A stretch of 32,000 nt of DNA from Halomicronema hongdechloris C2206. GTDB lineage: Bacteria > Cyanobacteriota > Cyanobacteriia > Phormidesmidales > Phormidesmidaceae. Position numbers and translations under genes: made by a program. The stretch is from contig NZ_CP021983.2 in the NCBI RefSeq assembly GCF_002075285.3, positions 2,010,001 through 2,042,000 on the forward strand, given 5' to 3'. Shown here piece by piece: positions 24,610 through 32,000 of the stretch (positions within the stretch are counted from its first letter, which is position 1; every line of letters begins with the position of its first letter). A model generated the notes under the pieces. The model had not been told where the DNA came from. It searched no databases and worked only from the letters and a program-made list of their open reading frames with translations.

Positions 24610-25680
24610 ATGGACACTAAACGGGCGCTAATTACTGGGATTACGGGTCAGGATGGTTCCTACCTAGCCGAATTGCTCTTAGAGCAAGGGTATGAAGTCC
24701 ACGGCATTATCCGACGAACCTCTACCTTCAACACCGATCGCATCGACCATATCTATGTTGATCCCCATAATGAAGCTGCTCGCATCTTTCTCCACTATGG
24801 CGACCTCACCGATGGCACCACCCTGCGCCGCATCCTAGAAGAGGTCAAGCCCCACGAAGTTTATAACTTGGGCGCCCAGTCCCATGTGCGAGTTAGCTTC
24901 GATTCTCCCGAATATACGGTGGACTCCGTGGCCATGGGCACCCTGCGAGTCTTAGAAGCTATCCGAGACTACCAACATCGTACCGGCATTCAAGTGCGGT
25001 TTTACCAAGCGGGATCCTCGGAGATGTTTGGCAAGGTTCAGGAGATTCCTCAAAAGGAAACGACTCCCTTCTATCCCCGCAGTCCCTATGCCTGTGCCAA
25101 GGTCTATGGCTACTGGCAGACCCTGAACTATCGAGAGGCCTACGATCTCTTTGCCTGTAACGGCATTTTGTTCAATCACGAATCGCCCCGCCGTGGCGAA
25201 ACCTTTGTTACCCGCAAAATCACGCGGGCCGTCGCCCGCATCGTGGCAGGGCAGCAGAGGAAACTCTACCTAGGCAACCTGGATGCCAAACGCGACTGGG
25301 GCTATGCCAAGGATTATGTCAAGGCCATGTGGTTGATGCTGCAGCAAGACACCGCCGATGACTATGTGATTGCCACGGGAGAAACCCACTCCATTCGCGA
25401 ATTCTTGGACATTGCCTTCCAGCATGTCAATCTCGACTGGCAAGACTATGTCGAGTTTGATCCTCGCTATCTGCGGCCCGCCGAAGTAGAACTACTGATT
25501 GGGGATCCGGCCAAGGCCCAGCGACAGCTCCATTGGGAACCCACGGTGACCTTTGAGGGACTAGTGAAATTGATGGTCGATGCTGATCTAGAGGCGGTTG
25601 GAATCTCCCCAACCAGCAATGGCAATGGCAATGGAGATATCGCCACGATTCGTAGCGCCATCACTAACGCATTTGCCTAG
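24610..25680 (+). CDS. gmd: GDP-mannose 4,6-dehydratase
   Basis: [44 protein letters not shown]..., [12 protein letters not shown] (YxxxK), [18 protein letters not shown]; 356 aa. Confidence 0.95.
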   Translation: MDTKRALITGITGQDGSYLAELLLEQGYEVHGIIRRTSTFNTDRIDHIYVDPHNEAARIFLHYGDLTDGTTLRRILEEVKPHEVYNLGAQSHVRVSFDSPEYTVDSVAMGTLRVLEAIRDYQHRTGIQVRFYQAGSSEMFGKVQEIPQKETTPFYPRSPYACAKVYGYWQTLNYREAYDLFACNGILFNHESPRRGETFVTRKITRAVARIVAGQQRKLYLGNLDAKRDWGYAKDYVKAMWLMLQQDTADDYVIATGETHSIREFLDIAFQHVNLDWQDYVEFDPRYLRPAEVELLIGDPAKAQRQLHWEPTVTFEGLVKLMVDADLEAVGISPTSNGNGNGDIATIRSAITNAFA

Positions 25681-25749
25681 GGCCCATAATTCAATAAGTA
25701 CACGGATTAATGGCATCCCTGAACTCGAGCATACCCGATATGGCGCTAA

Positions 25750-26721
<972 letters not shown>

Positions 26722-26744
26722 GGATTGAGGGCGACTGGTGCTGG

Positions 26745-26775
26745 GCTACCCGATTTTGTCGGGTAGCTTTTTTAT
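26745..26775 (+). terminator. rho-independent terminator after fcl
   Basis: Perfect 9-bp stem GCTACCCGA (26745-26753) / TCGGGTAGC (26759-26767), loop TTTTG, followed by TTTTTTATT. Confidence 0.85.
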
Positions 26776-27086
26776 TGCGTATATGCAGCTACAGGCCATC
26801 TGTCGTGTCCTCAGAGGACATTTGAAAACTCGGCTGAAAGCCCTGCAGGGTAAGCTTAGAGCGTATGGCTCTGTTGGCCAGAATCCAGTCTGGAGCAAGG
26901 TTGCAGGGTACTTTCCAAATATCCTCTCAGCTGACCCGCGAAAATTATAAAGGGAACTTATCCAAATCTGCTGTGATGTCAATGGGCGGCAGGTGGGCAG
27001 GCTCTGGGTGATGCCGTACCATGGGGGAGAATGCCTTCATCGCAATGCGGTGAACGAACTTAGAGGGAAAAGGGTTGATAGCACCT

Positions 27087-27680
27087 ATGGCTGACGAGAA
27101 TATGCCTAATAAGACTAATCAATCGTCATCCCAGCCATCTGAGCAGACCTCGTCTAAGCAGGTCTCTAACCAGGATGAGAATGGGGCGTCAGGTAAATCT
27201 TCGGCAAAGACAACGAATCCCTCAGCAAATCAAGGCTCGGCCAGTAAGAACTCGGCGAAGGCGAAGGGGGATAGTGCTAAGGCCAAGAAAAAGGAAAAGC
27301 CCCCTGAACCTGAGGAAAAACCCTTCCAGGAATTCATTCGGCAGCATTATCTACCGGATCTAGAGCAGGCCCTGAAGGGGGAAGGTCTAGAGGATATCCA
27401 GTTGGAGTTTGATCAACAGCCGCTGCCGGTGGTGGGAGCTGATCCTGCTACGGAGTACTGGCAAGTGCGGGGTCGCTGGCAGGGCGGTAAGCGCTGGTTT
27501 GCGATCGCATTTACCAAAGAAGACATCAAAGGGCCGAAGCTCTTTTCCTATGCCGACAACGGGGCCAAGCCCAGCACTATCGAGCAGTTCATGGGAGACG
27601 AACGCAAGGTGAATCTGGGCCTGATGGTGCTTTACGCGGTGCAGCGGCTGAACGCGCAGAAATGGCTGACTCGCAATTGA
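27087..27680 (+). CDS. conserved cyanobacterial protein with a low-complexity Ser/Lys/Asn/Gln-rich N-terminal half (possibly the DUF2996 family; the name is uncertain)
   Basis: The tracked ORF starts at TTG 27075, but ATG 27087 (MADENMPNK..) is more plausible. The C-terminal half is globular-looking (PFQEFIRQHYLPDLEQALKGEGLEDIQLEFDQQPLPVVGADPATEYWQVRGRWQGGKRWFAIAFTKEDIKGPKLFSYADNG...). It converges with purH with a 27-nt gap. Confidence 0.6.
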   Translation: MADENMPNKTNQSSSQPSEQTSSKQVSNQDENGASGKSSAKTTNPSANQGSASKNSAKAKGDSAKAKKKEKPPEPEEKPFQEFIRQHYLPDLEQALKGEGLEDIQLEFDQQPLPVVGADPATEYWQVRGRWQGGKRWFAIAFTKEDIKGPKLFSYADNGAKPSTIEQFMGDERKVNLGLMVLYAVQRLNAQKWLTRN

Positions 27681-27707
27681 ACCGGTCCTGGTCAAATAGC
27701 AGCAGGG

Positions 27708-29264
27708 TTAGTGCCAGAAATGGCGAGTGCCGGTAAAAGCCATGACCACACCGAGCTCATTGGCTGCATCGATGGAGTCTTGATCGCGGCGGCTGCCCCC
27801 CGGCTGCACGATGGCTCGAATGCCAGCGGCGGCGGCAGTACGGACAGAATCGTCAAAGGGAAAGAAGCCATCACTGGCTAGGACCGCCCCCTGGGCCTGT
27901 TCCCCAGCCTGGTTTAGGGCAATGGTTGCCGCCCCCACTCGATTCATTTGACCGGCACCAATGCCTAGGGTGGTGCGATCGCAACTGACCACGATGGCAT
28001 TAGATTTCACATGCTTCACCACTTGCCAGGCAAACTGTAGTTCTGCCAAATCTTCCTGGCTAGGGCGGCACTCCGTCACAATCTGCCACTGGTCAGCAGC
28101 ATCTAAGTGTTGATCGGTGGCCTGCACCAAAAACCCACCGGCAATGGACTTAACCTCTTGGGCAGGCCCCTGAGTGAGGTCAGTCAGGGTCAAGAGTCGC
28201 AGATTCTTCTTCTGCGCCAAAATGGTCTCAGCCTCTGGCGCGCACCCTGGAGCGATAACACACTCCAGAAACGTTTGGGTCAGGGCGGCAGCGGTCTCGG
28301 CATCAATGGGCTGATTCAGCGCCACAATCCCCCCAAAGGCCGAGACGGAATCGGCCCCATAGGCCCGCCGATAGGCTGCCGCCAAGGGACTTCCCACGGC
28401 AACACCACAGGGATTAGTATGCTTTAACACCGCTGCTGCCGGCATGTCAGGATCGAACTCGGCAATCAGGCGGCGGGCCGCTTCTAAATCGACCAGATTG
28501 TTATAGCTCAGTTCCTTCCCCTGCACCTGAGTGGCCCCAGCCCAGCCCTGGGACACCGTGCCGGTACGATACCAAGCTGCCGTCTGATGCGGGTTTTCGC
28601 CATAGCGTAGCCCCTGCTGTCGGCTCCCTATCAGGCGCCAGCGCTGGGGCAAGCCAGCCGAGGCTGGCACTGATGTCACCTCTGTTCCATCTAGGTAGGT
28701 GGCAATTGCCTGATCATAGGTAGCCGTATGCCAGAAGGCCTCACGGGCGCAGGCGCGGCGAAAGTCCAACGGGGCATCGCCATGATGACGCAGGGCCTCT
28801 AGGTAGGGGGCGTATTGGGTCGCCTGGCAGAGCACCGTCACATGATCATGGTTTTTGGCGGCGGCCCGGAGTAGGGTGGGGCCGCCGATATCGATCTGCT
28901 CGATCGCTTCCGGCACGGTTACCTGGGAGCGCGCAATGGTCTGCTCAAAGGGATAGAGATTCACCACCACCAGATCGATAGGGCGAATGCCTTGCTCCGC
29001 CAGATCTTCAGCATCGCTAGCCTGATCACGACGGGCTAAGATGCCGCCGTGAATACGAGGATGCAGCGTCTTCACCCGGCCCCCTAAAATTTCTGGAGAA
29101 CCGGTGTAGTCACTCACCCTAGTGACTGGAATATCCGCCTCAGCTAGACTGCGAGCCGTGCCCCCGCTGCTAACCAGCTCGAAGCCAAACGCCTCCACCA
29201 GGGTACGGGCAAAGCTCACCAGCCCCGTCTTATCCGAGGTGCTCAGCAGTGCCAGACGCGCCAT
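27708..29264 (-). CDS. purH: bifunctional AICAR transformylase / IMP cyclohydrolase PurH
   Basis: MARLALLSTSDKTGLVSFARTL...SSGGTA...SPEILGGRVKTLHPRIHGGILARRD..., 518 aa, the full-length PurH layout. Confidence 0.95.
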   Translation of the reverse strand: MARLALLSTSDKTGLVSFARTLVEAFGFELVSSGGTARSLAEADIPVTRVSDYTGSPEILGGRVKTLHPRIHGGILARRDQASDAEDLAEQGIRPIDLVVVNLYPFEQTIARSQVTVPEAIEQIDIGGPTLLRAAAKNHDHVTVLCQATQYAPYLEALRHHGDAPLDFRRACAREAFWHTATYDQAIATYLDGTEVTSVPASAGLPQRWRLIGSRQQGLRYGENPHQTAAWYRTGTVSQGWAGATQVQGKELSYNNLVDLEAARRLIAEFDPDMPAAAVLKHTNPCGVAVGSPLAAAYRRAYGADSVSAFGGIVALNQPIDAETAAALTQTFLECVIAPGCAPEAETILAQKKNLRLLTLTDLTQGPAQEVKSIAGGFLVQATDQHLDAADQWQIVTECRPSQEDLAELQFAWQVVKHVKSNAIVVSCDRTTLGIGAGQMNRVGAATIALNQAGEQAQGAVLASDGFFPFDDSVRTAAAAGIRAIVQPGGSRRDQDSIDAANELGVVMAFTGTRHFWH

Positions 29265-29459
29265 ATCTGTTCTCCCCTAAATTTGCCCTCCACACTATAG
29301 CGGAAAACCCGAAACAACTTAGCCAAGCTGTCGTTGGCGAAAGTGGCCCCCTATCTCTCCAGCTCCTTGGTCCATCGCCACTATTGACCGGCCCGATCAC
29401 TGCCAAGTTGGCCCCTAATCATCGTAGGATCAAAGGCGTAGGGATGAGGGCAGTCATCC

Positions 29460-29951
29460 ATGGACATTCTTGCCAACGCCCGTCGCCTAGTAATCGGGCT
29501 ACTATTGTTGGGACTGTTGGGTTTGGCCTGGCCCGGTCTAACGATGGCGGAGAGCTTTGACCGGCAGAACCTGCGCATGAGCGATTTCGCCCATGAAGAC
29601 CTGCGGGGGAATGATTTTATCCGAGCCGATCTAGCTGGGTCTAACCTAGCCCATACCAACTTACAGGGAGTGCGGTTGTTCAGCGCCAATCTTTCCAAAG
29701 CCAACCTAGAGGGTGCCGATATGCGGGGAGCTACTCTAGATGGGGCACGGTTAATCAAGGCCAATTTAACCAACGCTCGTCTTGAGGGGGCCTACGCCGT
29801 TAGCACTGACTTTCGGGGTGCTGTCATTGATGGCGCTGATTTCACCGATGTCCTGCTAGACCCCACCATGAACGATATGCTCTGCGAGGTAGCCACAGGG
29901 ACCAATCCTGACACTGGTCGAGAGACCCGAGAGACGCTCTATTGCCCATGA
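29460..29951 (+). CDS. pentapeptide-repeat protein with an N-terminal signal peptide (lumenal or periplasmic type)
   Basis: Signal-like N-terminus (RRLVIGLLLLGLLGLAWPGLTMA/ES) followed by consecutive A(D/N)LXX pentapeptides (ADLAGSNLAHTNLQGVRLFSANLSKANLEGADMRGATLDGARLIKANLTNARLEGA...). Confidence 0.9.
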   Translation: MDILANARRLVIGLLLLGLLGLAWPGLTMAESFDRQNLRMSDFAHEDLRGNDFIRADLAGSNLAHTNLQGVRLFSANLSKANLEGADMRGATLDGARLIKANLTNARLEGAYAVSTDFRGAVIDGADFTDVLLDPTMNDMLCEVATGTNPDTGRETRETLYCP

Positions 29952-30026
29952 ACTAGAGAGTATCGCTCTAGTTTGTAAGGTACGTCGTGAACATGACGCA
30001 CCTTAGATTTTATTAAGACATAATAT

Positions 30027-30428
30027 TTAGATACGTCTGAGATATTCGATAAAATGCTTTTTCTCTTCCTCTGTCAATTCACGTCTACGTGTTTTACTGT
30101 AATTTTCTTGAAGGTACTCTTGGGCTTGTGTAACTTTCCAACCTGCAAAGCACATTTCAACTAGAATTTGGTCATCTAAGGATAACTCTATAACTCCGGC
30201 AATGAGCTTCCAGCAAGGATCTGGTGGTCCAGTCCATTCTGCAGGAGTGTAGGGCATCCCAAGGCTGACAGTGACTAGGCAGGGTCTCTCTGGAAAGATT
30301 TCTCGATCTAGCAAATCTACAAGTTCAGGATCAGTAATTGGTAGATTCTGCAGAGAGTAACCTGTCCGAGTCCTTAGGGAAGCTTTCCATTGTTTGCCAC
30401 CTGTTCTTCGAGAAGATTTAGCAGGCAC
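30027..30428 (-). CDS. hypothetical small protein (133 aa, GTG start) in an AT-rich islet
   Basis: This is the only sizeable ORF in the visibly AT-rich stretch 29955-30620. The product has a basic N-terminus (PAKSSRRTGGKQWKASLRTRTG) and a charged C-terminus (TRRRELTEEEKKHFIEYLRRI). No family recognised, and the start codon is uncertain. Confidence 0.4.
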   Translation of the reverse strand: MPAKSSRRTGGKQWKASLRTRTGYSLQNLPITDPELVDLLDREIFPERPCLVTVSLGMPYTPAEWTGPPDPCWKLIAGVIELSLDDQILVEMCFAGWKVTQAQEYLQENYSKTRRRELTEEEKKHFIEYLRRI

Positions 30429-30625
30429 AACAGAATCTACATAAATGAGTTGGAGAGACTTTCTTTGTTCTGCTGGTAAAGACTGTAAATAGGGAACCGA
30501 AACATATTTTTCAGTCGTATGCAGTATAGGACTATGAAGTTTTTACACGGCCCATAGGACAGAATCAGCCTAAAGATGATGAATGTCCACATTTCCCCAT
30601 TTCTTGGGGGTAACTCTTGGCAGTG

Positions 30626-31285
30626 CTAGAGATACCCGTGGTCGGCTAGGAAGTCGAGATCGATGGCTACTCCTTGGGGTATGGCAGCTGAGGCATCTCG
30701 GTGTAGGAACCTCTCGACATATTTTCCCAGGATGTCTCCTTCTAGGTTAACGGCCTGGCCAGGCCGCAGGTACTGCAGGGTAGTCTCGCGGTAGGTCACC
30801 GGAATGACTGCGACTCGAAACCAGTTACCCCGATCGCCACAGTCGGCGACGGTGAGACTGATGCCGTTCACGGCGATGCTGCCCTGGGGCACAAGGTAGC
30901 GGGCTAGCTTAGGATTCGGGACAGAAAAGCTGATCTCCCAGGCATTGCCGGTTTCTGCGGCGGTGTCCAAATATCCCCAGCCGTCTACATGGCCAGTAAC
31001 GAAATGACCACCAATTTTGCTACCCACCCGTAGGGAGGCTTCCAGATTGACCCAACTGCCCTCGGCCTGTTGCCCCAGGGTAGAGCGATCCAGGGTTTCT
31101 GGAGAGGCCGTAGCCAGGAAGCCCTGGGGTACCTGCTGTTCTACGGTCAGGCAGACGCCATCTACGGCAATGCTATCTCCTAAGGCCAAGTCTGCCAGTA
31201 TCGGGGCCTGCGGGCAGTGGATGCGCAGTTGGTTGCGACCGACGGGATACATCCTGCCCAAGGCTTGAATTAAACCTGTGAACAC
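30626..31285 (-). CDS. ribE: riboflavin synthase (alpha chain)
   Basis: MFTGLIQALG..., duplicated lumazine-binding halves (GDSIAVDGVCLTV / GSIAVNGISLTV), 219 aa. Confidence 0.9.
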   Translation of the reverse strand: MFTGLIQALGRMYPVGRNQLRIHCPQAPILADLALGDSIAVDGVCLTVEQQVPQGFLATASPETLDRSTLGQQAEGSWVNLEASLRVGSKIGGHFVTGHVDGWGYLDTAAETGNAWEISFSVPNPKLARYLVPQGSIAVNGISLTVADCGDRGNWFRVAVIPVTYRETTLQYLRPGQAVNLEGDILGKYVERFLHRDASAAIPQGVAIDLDFLADHGYL

Positions 31286-31606
31286 GCTTATGTACCTTTG
31301 CTAAATTCTCAGGAATCTTGGCGGCAATCTAGAGCCAGATCAGGGCATACTTGAAGCAACGAGCTGTTCAGGTAAGGGTGGGGGTTAGGCAAATACAAAT
31401 CTGATGTTCTGGTTCTCGGCGGAATGGTTTAGCTTAATAGTATAAGGGTTCGAGTTCTCTAAGCCTCTGATGGCGTAGACGATAATTGGTTAGGTACCCT
31501 TTGCTTGACTGCAGCTACCGTTTGAAGCAACTCGATTGCGTGTGTGTTTAGCCGAGTCTGAGTAACTCCGACGAACCTCTGCCTAGCGGATTCATGAGGC
31601 CAACCC

Positions 31607-32000
31607 ATGATTGAAATGAAAGTCGCCGGAATTGCCCTTGACGCCGTCTCTCGCAGCCCAGTGGTCTTGCTGAGAGATACGGCTGACCGGCGGGCTCTAC
31701 CTATCTACATCGGTGCAGACCAGGCCAAATCGATTATCAATGCCTTAGAGAACCAGGTGGCCCCACGGCCACTGACCCACGATCTGTTTATCAATTTGAT
31801 CGATGAGTGGGAAATGTCCCTGGAACGGGTGGTTATCCACGCCCTGCGGGATAATACCTTCTATGCGCTGCTCACCCTGGTTCATGGCGATACCCGCCGG
31901 GAGCTAGATGCTCGCCCCAGTGATGCGATCGCAATTGCCCTGCGAGCCGATGCCCCCATCTGGGTAATGGAAGAGGTGATTGCCGATGCCTCCATCCCGG
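31607..32000 (+). CDS. bifunctional nuclease family protein (DUF151/BFN), N-terminal 131 codons; continues beyond the right edge
   Basis: The frame is open from ATG 31607 (alternative ATG 31616) to the window end: MIEMKVAGIALDAVSRSPVVLLRDTADRRALPIYIGADQAKSIINALENQVAPRPLTHDLFINLIDEWEMSLERVVIHALRDNTFYALL... This is the typical BFN-domain sequence. It is not in the ORF track because there is no stop in the window. Confidence 0.8.
   Translation, partial: MIEMKVAGIALDAVSRSPVVLLRDTADRRALPIYIGADQAKSIINALENQVAPRPLTHDLFINLIDEWEMSLERVVIHALRDNTFYALLTLVHGDTRRELDARPSDAIAIALRADAPIWVMEEVIADASIP

Noticed and set aside
26738-26982. ORFs 26738..26950 (+) and 26746..26982 (-) after fcl.
   Set aside because: They are mutually overlapping and start inside or at the fcl terminator hairpin, with no supporting signals.
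27175-27695. ORFs 27175..27363 (+), 27409..27612 (+) and 27387..27695 (-) overlapping the DUF2996-like gene.
   Set aside because: These are off-frame or antisense shadows of a longer coherent ORF.
29249-29773. ORFs 29249..29560 (+) and 29381..29773 (-) around the pentapeptide gene.
   Set aside because: The first spans the purH start and the divergent promoter region. The second is antisense to the clear pentapeptide-repeat frame.
29951-29973. The hairpin AACTAGAG-N7-CTCTAGTT after the pentapeptide gene, considered as a terminator.
   Set aside because: The stem is AT-rich and there is no U-tract on either side. It could still contribute to termination between the convergent genes, but I did not list it as a feature.
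31425-31475. A tRNA-like T-loop string, GGTTCGAGT, in the ribE-BFN spacer.
   Set aside because: The flanking bases (AAGGG / TCTCT) cannot form a T-stem, and no acceptor or anticodon arms could be drawn.

Overview
GC-rich chromosome segment, clearly cyanobacterial. I found 13 perfect copies of the HIP1 palindrome GCGATCGC by eye, and the housekeeping genes are typical of cyanobacteria.

The left two-thirds (1637-22387, + strand) is one co-directional, operon-like locus of very large orphan proteins. The ORF track splits it into nine abutting or overlapping pieces. Following the protein-like frame across each break condenses them into four genes:
- A: 1637-13754, about 4,040 codons
- B: 13805-14836, about 343 codons
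- C: 14845-16338, about 500 codons
- D: 16349-22387, about 2,010 codons

The only modules I recognise are FN3/Ig-like beta-sandwiches and a novel C-terminal repeat array in A, and a LamG/ConA-like jelly-roll in D. I see no enzymatic, secretion, phage-tail or toxin signatures. This locus is the main candidate for an undescribed system.

The locus carries many single-nucleotide frame discontinuities, several at homopolymer runs and several in compensating clusters. The roughly 8 kb of flanking housekeeping CDS carries none. Uncorrected sequencing error, genuine decay and compensated frameshifts cannot be separated from sequence alone.

The right third holds ordinary genes: a PdeM-like metallophosphoesterase, ttcA, gmd, fcl, a conserved cyanobacterial protein with a disordered N-terminus, purH, a secreted or lumenal pentapeptide-repeat protein, a small orphan gene in an AT-rich islet, riboflavin synthase, and a partial bifunctional-nuclease gene. 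A partial hypothetical gene runs off the left edge, divergent from the giant locus.

I saw no rRNA, tRNA, CRISPR array, transposase or integrase.
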